Below are positions 11,353 to 26,500 of a stretch of 64,000 nt of DNA, piece after piece. Made by a program: the position numbers and the translations under genes. Source of the DNA: a virus (Duplodnaviria; Caudoviricetes). The notes beneath the pieces are model-generated. The model saw only the letters and a program-made list of their open reading frames with translations, made no database searches and was not told the origin of the DNA. The DNA lies in the IMG/VR virus record IMGVR_UViG_3300021254_000027, positions 32,001-96,000 of that record. One strand, given 5' to 3'. Position 1 is the first letter of the stretch. Each line of letters begins with the position of its first letter.

Positions 11353-13353
11353 TTAAGTTGCTGTATAACTTCGAGTATCTTGTCCAGTTGTTACTAAACC
11401 ATATTTAGTCTTTTCTATTGTTAAAGTATATGTCCCAGTTGCAGTTGGTCTATAGGTTGGAGTTGTTGAGCTCGTTAAATTGCTCCAGCCTTCACTGTTC
11501 CATCTATATCTATAAGTGGCTGCTGAATCCCAATTCTGAACAGACCCTTGTATTCCACCATCAAAAAGTGAAGTACTGACTGCCGGAGGGGTAAGTGCTG
11601 CGCTGACAGCAGTAGCAGCAGCTTCTATAATATCGTTAACAGTTGTACCACTATCTTGGACTGTATGCCCGTTATTACCCCAAGTAACAATATTGTTCGC
11701 TACAGCAGTTGCAATACTATCAATTTGTCTAGTATTAACAACCTTATTTAAACCAATAGTCTCAGCAGTAATATTATGAGGGTTGCTTGCAGTAGTATGA
11801 GTATTAATCGCACTTTCAATTTTCGCAAAAGCACTATTAATGCTATCTGTTTCTTCTATCCCTGTTGTAGCCAATGCAGAGATCCCTGTTAATGCGAGAG
11901 ATCCAACATTAGATCTTGATACAGTAAAAGCACCAGATGAACTGCTTAATGTTAATCCAGTAATTACATTGCCTGTACCTGTATCTGAAAGTGAACAAGT
12001 TGGAATAGTTACTGTTGTAGCATCTAGCGCGGTGATATGACCAGCTTGATCTGTAGACATATAAGGGACATTAAACGTCATACCAAACTAACTTGTTGGA
12101 ATTGAAGAGGTTCCTACATTAGTTTTAGTGCCAAGACCATTTAAAGCATGTCCAATAGTAATCTTTTTATCATTCGCTCCAGCGATATTAATCCACTTAT
12201 TGCCGCCTTCAATAGCAAAACTATCGACATAATTTGCTGCTGAAAAACTACTAGTATTACCAGTTATAGCAGTAGCTGCAGAACTATTACCGGCTGTTAC
12301 GGTTTTAAAACCATAAGGCAAAGTATAGGCAGTAGTAGATCGAGCAGTTATATGTCCTGCTTCATCCTAAGAAAAATTATAAATGATAAAAGTTCCTGTC
12401 GCGCTATTAAAATCGACTCCAGCATTTGGAGTAGTCTAAATATTCTAAATTAAATGCGCTATAGTAATTGTATCATTTTCCGCATTGCCAGCGAATCTAA
12501 TCCATTTATTGCCCGCTGCCAAAGTAGCAGTATCTACTTGCGTATCAGCTACAATAGAAGTGGTATTAGTAGTAATATCAGTTACAGCTGTCGCATTACT
12601 AATTGCAATGGTTTTAAAGTTATACGATAAAGTTAAAGTCCGTTTAGTCTAAGAACGAATATGCCCAGCTTCATCCCAGGTTAATTCATAAGTTACAAAT
12701 GTTCCGCTATTATTTAAATCAGTTGTCACAGTTTTTGATGTATCAATACTACGAACTAAATGCCCAATAGTTAATTTATCATCTGCAACATCTGATGTCC
12801 CACTCGCCGCAAGTTTAATCCAAGTATTGCCTGAATTAATAGTTAATGTGTCTTCATTATTATCTGCCACCATAGATCCATTTACGGCGTCTAAATTATT
12901 AACAGCATCAGAAGAGCCCGTAGTGACTTGAATGGTTTTAAACATGCGCAAATCTTTAATGCGCTCATCAACAGTTTCAGTTCTATCATTTAAGATATAA
13001 GCTAAATCTGAAATTGAATCCATGTTTGCGGCTGGCGTTGACTATGTAGAATGCCCATTTGTTGCAGAAGTTAATGCTGCTAATACGCTAGGATTACGAC
13101 CATATAATTCACGTAAAATTGTATCATAAGATTCTAATTTAGTAGTTAAACGTTCGGTACCAGATTGGCCCAACTAAACATCTGCTGCATGAATCAAAGC
13201 AAATGTATTACCATTCTTTTGAGTTAAACCTGCCGCCAATAATACTGTACCATCATAAGTACGAGGTTTTGCTCCGTCTACTCCTTGAACTTTACTGTAA
13301 TCATAAGGAGTAGTATATAAATTTTTATTAAATACATTATTTAAAGTAGCCAT
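11353..13353 (-). CDS. Tail fibre protein (666 aa) with three ~105-aa internal repeats
   Basis: ATG 13353 with GGAGG RBS; fragments 13023, 12321 and 12081 in frame across TAGs. Repeats FKT..(N/K)WI..ITI(G/A)H..D(E/Q)AGHI; SNPHNITAETIGL fibre motif. Confidence 0.75.
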
Positions 13354-13366
13354 TTATATATCCTCC

Positions 13367-16189
13367 TTAACTTAACACAACAGATGTAGATCCAAGATTC
13401 TTATTTGAACTCTGCCAAATAGTATATGAAGCAGTTTCATTATATTCATTAGTAAAATTGATATTTCCTAAATTATCAAAACCGCCTTCAAAACCGCCAA
13501 CCTTAAATATTGGACGCGCCCATGATGCAGGACACAAATAATAAATATGCTCTGTAGCGCCAGCATTAACAGAAATAGTTTTACTTATTTTTGCAGTTGC
13601 AAGAATACTGCTGAATGAACTTAGATTAGTGCTCAACTTACTAAAACTATTTAAATTAGCAAGAGTATTATCATCACCGACGCCCCAATAGGCGCGATAC
13701 GCCCAAGTTGCTTTTACACTTGCAGTTTTAGTTACATCTCTTTCGTCTGTTACACTCAATGTCCAAGTTATAACTGTGCTAACAGTTTTACCAGTAATTG
13801 CATTAGAATCTGTTACCGTATTAACCGCGCTTGCATCATATTCAGCTTTATTAGTAACATAATAATTTTTCTCAAAAACCGCTGAATTAGGAGTATAAAC
13901 TGTTACTCCATCACTACGTGTAATTTTTAAATCTTGACGAGGACCTTTATTTAAAGTATATGATAAAGAAATATTATTTAATCCTTTACCAGCTTCAATT
14001 AAAATATTATTACCACTCTATTCAGCATCAGAACTAGTGATCTTAAATGAATTAATCATCTGTTCAACATACTGGATATCTGCCATTTCATGTTGCATTT
14101 TTTTAATTGCTTCTCCTAAAGTATCTGTTGCAGTTACTGCATGCAAACAACTATTTCCATAATAGCCCTGTTTTGCAGTTCCATTAACTGTATAATTAAC
14201 ATCAAAATATCTATCTGATGCAGTATTATTATAACTTAAGTCTAATGTATCAAGAGTATAAGAAACAGTATAACGCCAATTTCCTTTATTATCTAATAAT
14301 AAGTTACCTAAATTATTATTAATAATTTGCGGTACAATATCATTATATGGAAATTTAGTTTCTGCCATAGTAATTTTACCAGTGTCCGCAGTTGTAATGA
14401 CAAAACGGTTTTTGGCAAGATTCATATCTACGTTTTCAATCATATCACGCGCGCGATTAATCATACCAATCAAAGTACGATCATCGCGTGAGTCTTCATT
14501 ACTTAAATTAAGACCGACGATACGATTTACTAATGCAATCGCTCCACGCACTGTAGATGGAGATCCAAAACTTAAATCATTTACTACTGCTTCTTGTCCA
14601 GTATTTGGACGACCAACAGGTTTTGTAGCTTGATATACTTTAGTAAAGCGGAAATGAGGAACTTCTGGATTATTATTATAATAAGCCTCTCTACGATAAT
14701 ACTGAGTCCCAGCAGGAAGAGCAGATTTATTTGCGACTTTATATGCGCCTACAGTATCATCAAACCAGTATTCGCCATTTGCGTCTTTAGTCCATATGTT
14801 TGTATAAGATGGTAAATAATAACTTCTTATATTGTCATCTCCACCAGTATGAGAATCTTGGTAAAGCATCATTTTATTAAAGCGCATAGTATTACCTGCG
14901 CTAGTACCAATACCATAATAAATATCTTCATCCGCGGTATATTGCAAATGATTCGCAATCGCATGAGCTTTTTCTATTGCAACAGTATTTTCACTTGTGC
15001 GCTAAGTTAATGCTTCATTACCTAAACTATAAGTGCGACCAATTAATGCAGTCATCGTATTGGCGCGACCAAAAATACTATCAGAGTCAATAGTACAATT
15101 AGCTTGATTACCAAAATCTTCTTGCAATAATTGTAATAAACGCTATTCAGTAAACATTGCATTCCAAACTTTAGCAATAGCATTACCAATACCAGGTAAA
15201 TGAATATACCAAGAATAAGTATCATTCGCAGTTACACCATTAGTTCCAACTGCTGCGTTTTGTTCTCCATAATATTTTTGCCCGCTTGATTTAAAAATGT
15301 AATTAATTGCATTTTTTGGCTCTTCTCCATTTTCAGCTTTGCGCAAATAGTTGCGGTCCATAGTAAAGCCTAAGTCATTCCAGAAAATATCTCCATGGCC
15401 TTCTTCTTCCCAAGTCTCCCAAGTAGTTCCACTATTTTTATATTCGCCAGTTCGATAAGTAATATCGGCATCTGTCTCAATAGCATATTCTCTTTCAGGA
15501 GTTAATCTTGGTGCTGCAACGCTACTTCCTAAAGTATGAATTTCATGACCAAAAACCGCTGGAGTGTGCATATAATAATCTAATGTTGTGCTATTGCCAT
15601 CAAAGTACGGAGAAATAGGCTTAGTATTTGGTGGATCAATTACCAAATGGAAATTAGGAACTACTGTATTAAGTTCAGCTATCATAACATAACGATAGTT
15701 GCCAGTAGTAGTATCTACATGCTTCATCCAAACAGTAGAGTCATATCCACGTCCATAATTAGTAACATCTGTATTATATGCCGCGGCAAATGGACTTGCA
15801 TTTGCGGCAGTATATGGCTAATAATTTAATTCGTTAGATGACCCAGTAGAAGTACAAATATAAAAGCTATTCGCGCTATTCTTCTAAAATAAATCTTGAT
15901 AAATTTGGCCTTCGACTTTAGTTAATAAAGTACTAATATCAACTTCTGTATTATCAACAATTGCACCAGAAGGAGTGGTTTCATGAGTAAAATGTACATC
16001 ACCATAAAACTCGCCATCATAATAATAGCCAGTAATAGGTGGTTCATCATACTCAATTAAAACATAACGTCCGATAAATACTCCATCAGTAGCACATTGA
16101 CTATCCATCATAGTGCGAGTTTTATAAACTCTATCGAAAGTGAATGCAGTTCGATTCGAAGCTGATATATTACCATAGAATCCTGCCAT
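13367..16189 (-). CDS. Baseplate/tail-fibre attachment structural protein (~940 aa)
   Basis: Fragments 16198, 15727, 14947 and 13759 share one frame across TAGs; TAA at 13367; starts MAGFYGNI. Confidence 0.7.
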
Positions 16190-16194
16190 TGCAC

Positions 16195-16527
16195 TCACTC
16201 CGTTTCATATATAAAATCAATAATAATATAAGCATTTTGGTTATTGCCTATTGTTTCAAGAGAACCATTATCAAACATGATACTGGTAATATTGGCAAGA
16301 CCTTCAACACTTAATTCATAAATACCAGTAGCGCCTACTACAATAGGAGTTTCACTAGCATTTAAATAAAATTTGGTTCCTGGTAAAGTCTACACACCAA
16401 GTTGTACAATGGGATATGTGCGCGGAAAGGCTGTGCCATTCCGCAACATATCCAAAGTCAAGGTGGCAGGATAATTGTTTTTTACGCCAGGACCAAACCA
16501 ACGAATTTGACCAACTTGCTTCGCCAT
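16195..16527 (-). CDS. Small structural protein (110 aa), missed by the ORF track
   Basis: GGAGG RBS, ATG 16527, MAKQVGQIRW..QLGV(TAG)TLPGTKFYLN..VGATGIYEL..IIIDFIYETE-TGA. Confidence 0.7.
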
Positions 16528-16541
16528 TATCCTTTTCCTCC

Positions 16542-19500
16542 TTAAATAATTCTATCAACTGCGCGATTTGCAGTAATAGACATCATTCCATCATGCTAAA
16601 GCTATATACTAAACGATTTAATTAAGTATTCTCCGTCAATACCGCTTTGATTATCATGAACTCTAATACGAGTATTTGGTTCTAAATAATAAATTGGAAT
16701 TGCTGAGATAGTAACTGTTTCTTGATAATATGTCGCATCATATAACATAGAATCTAAAACTTCTTTAGCGCTTTTCCCCTACGCACTCATTTTAAAGTAA
16801 TCTGAAAAAGGAGGTACAAGATTAATACGAGCATATGCAAGATTTTCTTCTCCTTTAACAGGTTCATAATCTGTACTTACAAATAAGAGCTAAGGAGTCT
16901 CTCTAAAGTATATGGCTTTAACATCTTTATCATTAACAGATTTTGAACGACGACCAATCGCTTCTACCGAATATTGATAAAGATTCATATCTCCGCTATC
17001 CTAATCAAAGAAATCAATCCAGAAAAATAATGATTCTGGTTCGACAAAAGAGATTGTATTATTCGATGAGTTCCATTTTACATATTGCGGATTCCAATAT
17101 CCATTTTGTTCCCATTCTGCATAATCATCTACTGTGTTATCTGTATACTCCATTCGCCCATCGTCGGTCTAATTCGTTGTCCCATTATCATTATAAACAG
17201 TTTTAACTGTTTTCTAAGTACGATATAAATGCGGCCAAAATTCTAACATATCGGTAAAATAAGCATCATAACCAGTATTAAAAGTATCTTGCCAAGCATC
17301 TAATTCACTTTGAGTTTTGTCTATATAATTTGATGATTTAAATTCATTTAATAATGCTTCTTCCAACTCTTGATTACGAATAATCTCAGGAAGTGGCATA
17401 TATTCATCTTCATCATAAGTTGTATCATCTGGGACTTCAATAACTGTTGTAACATATTCATCCCAAGTACGAACCGTTTGTTTTGTAGTAGTATAATAAG
17501 TATGAAGTTGATTCCGAATTTCATCAATAATTACCAACAACTAATTTAATGATTGCGGCTATGTATAATGTTTACCAGGGAATAACATAATACTTATATC
17601 AAATAATGAACTAGATACTACACTAAACCCATATGAATCTCTACGACCAGTAGTTATACCAGTTAATCCATAAGCACGACCGACTGCATTTAATACAGAG
17701 CGTTGCGCTCGACTTAATTGAACATCAAAATAATCATCATCCCAAGAAAAGTCAAATAGCTCTAATGTTTTACGTTTAATATTTTCATCATCTACATAAT
17801 TTAAAGTGGTTAACATATTAAAAATCATACCATTATCATATGAATAGCCATTTCCATCATGTCGAATTGTAGAATCTGCCCATCCAGTTTGAGTAATCGC
17901 ATAATTAGCTGCGGCATATTCTGGACGAGTGCCTTCTGGATATTGCCCAGCCAAATCATTATTAACAATCTATGGATCTACTAAAGCCATTTGAGCTAAT
18001 GCAATTTTAATATAACTACTAAACATTTCTAAAACGAATAAATACTATTCAACTTCCTAAGCCGGCACATCCATTGGCTCATATTCATCTGTGCCTACAG
18101 TAATTTTTACTTCACTTTTTTCATAAGCTGGTGTTTCAACAATTTCTGATCTCGTAACTTTTTGCACTACTGTTTCTAAATGTGTACCAACAGGAGGCTT
18201 AACACTATCATCAGGTTTTTCAATTTCACCAGAGATAACAGGATAAGTTTGTGCCAATGAATAGTCATATCCTAATTTTGCATTCATTTCGGCTAATTGA
18301 GATTCTGTTAATTGTAAATTAATTTTATTTACATCTGGGCCATATAAAAAACGCTTATTTAAAATAGCTTGCTCATATTCTTCTTCACTCGCTAATGCGA
18401 CAAATTCCTATTTAAGATCATCATAATAATAATAGTCTTTATAAGATGCCGCATTTAAAGAATCATAATCATAATGAAAACGTAATGCTTTTTCATAAGG
18501 AGCTAAAGCTTCACCAATAATGCCCTTTCCTATTGCTTGTACATAATTGGTTTGTGTTTTTAAAGCCTATATCAACCCAGCAATTTTTTCTCTCGCGGCA
18601 AGATTATCTCTTGCCATCTAATAGATTAATTCACGCCAATCATATTGCCCGCCAACAGAATAAGACTAATATGGTTTTTGTTCTAACAAACTATAATAAA
18701 CTTGCGGCTTATGGTCAATAGCATAACGTAAATGAATTGGAAGAGCTTTCCCCCCAACACCAGTTAAATTGCCCCAAACTGCAAAATCGTTTTTAATAAC
18801 ATTAATCTACGGTTTATTCTAAAAACTTTCAATTAAATAACCATCAACAAAATCATAAATACTGTTACTACTATTAGCGACGCTATCATAATAAGTTTCA
18901 TTATCATTTACAATAGCATTTGTCCAAGTTGAATTAAAATAAATTCGTTTACGCTAAAAGATAAATCTACCGTTAATGTCATAAAAATATTCAAACTCTC
19001 CAAGCATTTTAACTATTTTATCAAGCATTTCTGTGATAGTACCACCAATAGCAACAGTTAATTCTCCAGTATAAGTAATATCTGTCGCACGATAGCCAGC
19101 TGTAGTATTTATTTCATTAGGGTCTACCCGTTTTAATAATACATACCAAACGCCACCGTATAAGATTGGTGCTAAATTACTGGTTACTCCTTGTGCTTCA
19201 CAAGCTGCTTCAAATAAACCTTCACGAGGATCTGAGCCAGAACCAAAAAGTATTTGAGTAGATTCAGCTTCTGTAAATACTGGAGTTCGAGTTTGTTGTA
19301 CACCAGAAAATGTACTTCCGCTACTACCAGTAAAATCCCAACTAATGCCATCTAAATATTCTGTAACTTCACTATCTTCAAACTAATTAAAGATATATAA
19401 AATAGAGTCATCAGCAATATAATCTAATAATTCTACACCGCAAGTGTCTAAATCATTAATTACAATATTACGATACGGTTCTTGAGCATATTGATGGACA

Positions 19501-20033
19501 GCTTCTCTAATAATATCATAAATTGGGATTAAATCTTTAGTCACACTACCATCAGAATGAGTTGTATAAATAGTACTAAATTCATGCGCCGCAAATAAAT
19601 TACCAGATATATCTCCATTGATAAGACACATCTTATCTTTACCCTAAATAGTGATAGTATATCCGCTATTATTTAAAGTAGAACTAAAACTACTAATAAC
19701 ATACATTCCCTGCGGGAACCATATTATATCTTCATATCTTGGATCAATAGTATTCCGCAATCCAAGTTCAACAGTAAATTTAGTATTTAAACTCCAAGAG
19801 ATTTCTTCAATTTGTACTTGATTTGTAATTAAAGTAATATTACAAGTACGACGGACCTTAGAAGAACCATCTACATTAATCGAACCACTAACTACATTAC
19901 CAGTAATTTCTGCTACAGATTCTTCGTCCCAGTTAAGAGAAATGATTTTAGCAAATACTTCTTTATTACGATGCTAATCTAACTTAATTAAAAAATCTTT
20001 GTCTAACAAAGCAAAAGTATTACTTAAAGCCAT
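16542..20033 (-). CDS. Tail tip/baseplate hub-like protein (~1,163 aa; DUF5048-like N-terminus)
   Basis: ATG 20033; GSINVDGSSKVRRTCNITL N-terminal motif and IPIYYLEPNTRIRV..GEYLIKSFSI C-terminus; fragments 19631, 18287, 17954 and 17540 in frame; TAA at 16542. Confidence 0.7.
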
Positions 20034-20037
20034 TTAC

Positions 20038-23000
20038 TCACCCCCCAAAACGAGGCTTACCCATTTTACCAGAATCTTCATAAATTACTCCTTCATTTTT
20101 AGAAGAAGTGGGCTTTGTAGTTGATGTTGAAGTTTGATTAATTTTATTTATATCTACACCTTCAAGTTCTAATACTGCTTTTAACATTGATAAATAATTA
20201 TCTCGCACAGAACTATATTCAGCATAAGTAACAAAAGGTCCATTATAACTATGATCTTTACTATATGTACTATAACTATAAGGTACCCAAATATCCTATC
20301 CAGTAAAAGCAGTCCGCTCTTCACGAGTCAAACGATCAAAATGCTGAGTGTTTTCATTCCAAACAAAATATGAATTATCTTCATACATTCCATCTGGCAC
20401 ATTATTTACTAAAGCTTTCGCGCCCTCAGTAATATTAATCAACTATAACTAGTACGCTGCATAATCGCGCGCAATAGCGTTATATTGTTTCCAAGCATTA
20501 TACAAACTTTCGTTAAGCCCAAGAGCAACCTATTTAGCTTTGTCTCCTTCTTCAACACCATACGTTAAAGTTAAGAGTTGATAAATAAAAATAGGTTGTA
20601 CTTTAGTGCCCCAAGCCATATAAGTTGGTACCCAAGATGTTGTAGGAACATGATAAGAACCAGTTTCTGCGATATCAATAATCTCATTGTCTAAGCAAAT
20701 TTGAGTAGGAGACAATCTATATAATGTTCCATCTGGCTATTGAACTGGGACATAAGGCCGTCCATTATTAAATTCATATAAAAGATTTGCATCTGCATCA
20801 AAGATATAATAAATATCTGTACCAGGGACAGTAAACATAGCATTATTTACAAATAAGTCTCTACTACTTCTAGTGCCATATGGCAATACGCTTGAACTAC
20901 TTTCAGTTTCTTTAGTATCTTTATCTTGTTCAAATTCAATACTCCAAACTCGAACTGCTCTATCTAATAAATAAGTTGATACTCGCTCATTAAATTGATC
21001 AATCGCATTTTTTTCTCGTGGAGTCGCACTAAAATGGTAAGTCTCTCCAAAAGCTTGTAATGATCCAATTTCATATACCATATCACTTAAAGTAAAATCC
21101 ATAGAAACAATACCACGTATCTAATCTTTTAAAGTAGAAATAGTATCCATATAATTATTACCAGTCATAGAAGAACTAACTCCTAAATATGATGGACAAT
21201 GTACTACATCACGTTGTACAATTTTAGTTACCCCATCAAATACAGTTGAGTCTCTAGTCCAAGTACCAACCGTAACCTATCCAGGCATATCCTTCCATAC
21301 ATTTAAAAGTTTAAGATTAGATACTGCACTATCTTCATCAAACTAGATTTCATATTGACCAGTTGCGCCAACAAGATAATTAGTTACACCATCATAAGTA
21401 AACCAAACTTCGCGGCCAGACATTCCAGCGTCTCGATAATCTGTACTAACACAATCTTCAAATCGAATATACTAACATTTATTACCTTTAAGAAGATTGG
21501 TATTTTTAAATTCTTCAATAGCCTTATTTAAAGTTTCTTCTGACACATTAGTTAAATCAGAAGAACCTTGAATAACAGAAATCAAAGTATTTAAATAGTC
21601 CGCAAAGTTAATAACGCCAAATCTAAAAGCAAGAGTCGCATCTTTATCAACAGATAAAAATCCATACTCTCCTAGCTTAGAAGGAGAATAAGCATCAATT
21701 TCATCAGCTGTACAAGAGAAAGTATGAATCATGCGCGAAAGCGTATCATTTGGAACTAATGAAACATTTGATAAACGCACAAGATAATTACCTTCTCCTG
21801 GACTTCTAAATAACTTAATATTACCGTCGTTAAGCCAATTCAGAACTTCTAATTTAAAACGACGTTCATAAGCAATATTATCATCAATAATATCAGTAGT
21901 ATTGCTCCACCATTTATCCATTTTTAAATCTTCTGTGCGGCTAAGGAAAAATTCATTTTCATCACTTAAATAAGAAATTAATCCAGATATAGGAAACTCT
22001 TTATATTCTACATTACCATTTCTAAAGAAGAATGGATATTTACTTCCTAATGTATTTTTCTTAGTATCTTGAATAACAGTTTTAAATGAAGTAATTTTAG
22101 GATTAAAACGAATTTTTAACTGCCGTTCACCGTCATATAAAAAAGCATCTTCAAATACTACATATACATCAGGCGCATACATGCGCGTAGAATAAATATC
22201 ATAATTGTTAAATTGCTAGATAGAATAACGATATGTTTGTCCTTGTTCAACAGTAAAATCATGAAAAACTGCGTTAGCCGGTAACATACCAGTTAAATTA
22301 AAAGTAGCAATTTGAGTTTGAATAGTAAAATCTTCTGCGCTAGAACAGCGAGAAATCATAAACATACCATTATAAGTAAGTTCAGTTTTATTCGGATCAT
22401 TTGGTTTTAAAAACAAGTCTACACAGCCATTATCATAATCTAACTGCGCAATAAGATGCGCATCAATTTCAGGGACAACAGATGAACCACCTACAATAAT
22501 ATAAAGAGGTCCATTTACCTATAAACCATTCTAAGTAATAACTGAATACTATAAACGATAGCGTTCATCATCTTGGCAATTATAATTTAATATAAAACTA
22601 TCAGTAGATTCATATTGCGCATCATCGGTGTTAGCATTATGAACTTGCCAATCTGTTGTAGTTAATACTTTTCCCGCAGTATCATATAATGTAAAACGGT
22701 ATTGATAACATTTTTCAGAAGGATCATTAATATTAGAATAATGTCCAACATAATATGTAACATCAATATTCGCACTATAACGATTTAATCCTAGACAAGA
22801 AACAGATGGATATGCAGTACATTTAACAATACTAATTGTAGAATAATAGCCTATATTACTTGCATCTGCTGCATCAATATAGGCTAACTAAATTTTATAA
22901 TATTTTCCGAGATTAATCCCTTTAATATTGGTTAAATCAAATTCTGCATAACTATAACTTGTAGAAACGCTGTAAACAGTAGCATTTACTCTTCCCAATT

Positions 23001-23172
23001 CAATATCTGTTTCGCCATCACGGATTCGTAATTTTACTCCTCCAACTTCAGAAGCAGTAACTAATTTATTAAATGAGAAGGGGACTGTTAAAATATAGCT
23101 CCCTGTTTCTGAAACATAAAAAGGAGGAGTTGTACCCGCTAAAACTGGCGGGTACAACTTCATAGTAGCCAT
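20038..23172 (-). CDS. Distal tail/baseplate protein with Ig/FN3-like region (~1,044 aa)
   Basis: Fragments 23172, 22416, 22182, 21102 and 20715 in frame across TAGs; TGA at 20038 overlaps the RBS of the next gene. DFTVEQGQTYRYSI (FN3-like) and TLGSKYPF..N..Y..F.ISGLI (distal-tail-like) motifs. Confidence 0.7.
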
Positions 23173-23174
23173 AA

Positions 23175-23561
23175 TTAGCCCTCCTCGTCAATAATAAGCT
23201 CCATAGCTTCAAGCTGCTTAGGCGTGAAATTCAAATCCTCAATCAAAGATACAGGGATCATACGCAAGGCGACATCAGCAGTAAACTTATTAAGTTCTGC
23301 ACGAGCCTCTTGACATTCCTGCTCTTTACCTTCAATAATCTTAAAGATGCCAGGCTCAGTTTGGATAAACTGGCCATTTTCATCTGTCTGTAAATACTTC
23401 TGCGCGAATGCGCGCTCTTGTTCAATATAAAACTCAGTTTCCTTAGCAAGCATTGCACTGTTTTTTGCAATCAAAAGGCTAAGCTTGAAAGGAAGTTCCT
23501 TATCCTTTAAAGTATCGAAAACCTCAGTAAGGTCATTAATCTGTCGAAAATTAAGTTCCAT
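23175..23561 (-). CDS. Small phage tail-cluster protein (128 aa)
   Basis: Intact ORF with AAGGAG RBS, no TAG, high-expression codon style; LPFKLSLLIAKN..FYIEQER. Confidence 0.75.
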   Translation of the reverse strand: MELNFRQINDLTEVFDTLKDKELPFKLSLLIAKNSAMLAKETEFYIEQERAFAQKYLQTDENGQFIQTEPGIFKIIEGKEQECQEARAELNKFTADVALRMIPVSLIEDLNFTPKQLEAMELIIDEEG

Positions 23562-23585
23562 AAAATAATCTCCTTTTTCTCTTTA

Positions 23586-26500
23586 TTAAGTTGATGGTGT
23601 TGTAGGAATAGCAGAAGTTTTAATTTTAATTGTTGTAGACCCATTATTATTGGTTCTATCATAACCATCATATTTTTGTCCAACAGTACCATTATTAATA
23701 GTAAGAGTAAACGTACTGGTTGTTGAATTAATTTTTCGCTCTGCTAATATAATGCTACCATCATAAATACGAGCAGTAATATCTGCTCTAGTTACCGTAC
23801 CATTACTCCAACTTAAAGCTCCACCAGTTAAAGTTAGTGTTAAAGTTTTAGTTTTAGTACCGGTAAAAGAAGTACCATTATCATCTAACGCAATAGTACA
23901 AGATGTACTCCCAGCAGTGCTTTTAAGCGAGAGGCCCTTAAACCACGTCGTATCTTTCATATCAAAAGATGCCTCATCCGACGTGGTTTTATTAAAATCC
24001 GCATCACCTAGAGTTAATGATACTGTTGATCCACTTATATTGAATGTGGGTTTATGAGTATGCTTTAATGAAATATCCGCACTAGATGAACCAATCTTAT
24101 AAGTTAAAGTTCCAGCACTAAATTTCATACCTGAAACTCTTGAATTGATACCGTCTACAAGATAAGACAATGCTTGATTTATACGTAAATTCGCACCCAA
24201 GCCTAATCCTGCAGCAACACCTGTTAAATTACCCATACCTCCACTAATAGTACCAAAACTAGCTCCAACAGGAATATCAGTTCCATTAAATTCTAAAACT
24301 GTTGTTCCACTACCAGGAGTAGATTTTCCAGTAATGGTATTTCCACCATCACTATCTGCGCCACCAGTAACTCCAAAAGTAACATAAGGTAATTTTAATT
24401 GTAACTTAGTACCTATGCCTAAAAAACTATTACCAGCACTTGCAGTAACTCCAACACCACCGTATAAAGTATATCCATTTAATAAATTGCCCATAGCACC
24501 GCCAAGAGCGTTACCACCGCCATAGGCACCGCCAGAGCCTCCTGAAGATCCTCCACCAACAGATTTGATCTATGCGGCTAACATATTTACCATTTCCCAA
24601 ACCCAAGATTTAGTCGCCAATTCATCGCCTTTTACTTTAATTTCATTACAATAAATTGTTCCAGAATTAATATTATTAGCAGAAATTAAATCGCCCCACA
24701 TATTCCATCTACGAGTAGTAGTGCCTAATGTAGCACGAGTAATATTCTAATCATGCAAAAAAGCAGTTCCTGTTGGGAAAAATACTAATCCATAATCATC
24801 AGAGGTTACTGGAGTTACTGACATTGTATCTGTATAAATGGTTTCTGCATTAAGATCTTGTATATGATTAATAATAGCAGTCAAAACATTTTCAATACAA
24901 GTAGTTAATCTATCAGTACTATATAAAGACAAAACAATATTTTGTAAAGTGGTTAAAGAAGTATTTAAAATACTTTCTGTTAATTGTATTAAATTAACAG
25001 ATTGCATAATCTTAAAAACTTGCTATGCTAAATGTTCATGATCATTTACTTTATCTAAATTTGTAATAAAAATAGTGCGTAAATTATTAATAGATGAAAG
25101 TTCTGCATCAATCTAATTATTAAATTGAGCTAAATGTAACTCATTGACACTATTATCAATAATATCATTAGCAATTTCTATGCCATTATGATTAATCACT
25201 GTTGTTAATTGATTCTTTACATTAGTTAATAAAGTTTCTAAATTATTATTATTATATGTTTCATATACTGTATTATACTAATCGTAATCATTTGCTGTTA
25301 CTGTAATACTTCGAGTTTCTACTACAAGAGTATATTGAATAGTCGTTGTTTCTTCTCCATTATTATCAATTATTAATTCTTGTTCCATTTGAGGCAAAAT
25401 AGCATAAGTAGAATTAATAGTATATGTATTTGTTCTAGTATTATATTCAACATTATTGCGTGTAAATGTTTCAATCTAACTATCAGTAAAAGGTGTTGTT
25501 GATGTATATTCTTTACTTTCAGTTAATGTTGTACTTAAAGTGTTTGTCCAACTTAAATAAGCATCAGTAAATCTGATCCAATCATATCCAGCGTTATAAA
25601 AATCCATATAATCAGAATATAGTTTTGTAACCGCAGTTTGTAAATTCCTTACTGTATTATAATAATTCTAATATTCATCGATTTCTTCTTGATTAGGATT
25701 AGGCTAATCAGTGCTAATATCATAAACAGTACCTTTTTCAACAGTTAAGCCATCATCTAATAAACCAGTTACAATAGAAATACCAATATTTTCATTATTA
25801 CTATCATTACGACCCGAATCAAAAATTTTAAATTCATTTGGATTTAATAATGACTATCCAACTACTTGAATATTAGAAGTCTAACTCCAAGTATCTTCAA
25901 TACCAGTTAAAACAGCATCTGTTGCACTCTTATAATAATATTTATATCTTGCGCCACTAATTTTTTTAGTAATCTATTGATTTTCTGTATAAACACCAAG
26001 TAAATTACTAAAATTATCTTGTACATTTGTAATACCCTACAACCAAAATCCGCCAAGATTTAAAGTTCCTCCAGCAGTTCCAGTTAAACCATTCACTGCC
26101 ATTAAAGAGATAGTACCATCACCATTAATTACTGTTGCGCCCTTACCAAAAACTAATTTCTAATTTTTAGCATCAATTATAATAGAATGGTAAATATTTG
26201 CATTCGCGCCATCTGGTGGGTCAATATGCTCTGGATCATCAGGATCATAAGGTACAGTTCGCAATGAATTTTTATCAATTATCCATCCTCCGATATTACC
26301 TTTAGTAGATAATAAAGTACCATCCATCCGTACTCCAAATCGAATTTCAGCATCACCTGCATAAATTGCGAATCCACCACGAGATCCAATATATGCTTCA
26401 TTATAAACAATTGGGCCATCATTAATACCATTTGGCAATAACTAAATTGTTTTATTCTTAATAGGAATAATAGTAGATAAATCAGTATCATCAATTTGAT

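Noticed and set aside
20038-20160. Apparent frameshift near the 3' end of the distal tail gene
   Set aside because: On re-reading, the frame is continuous (EGVDINKINQ..PRFGG-TGA).
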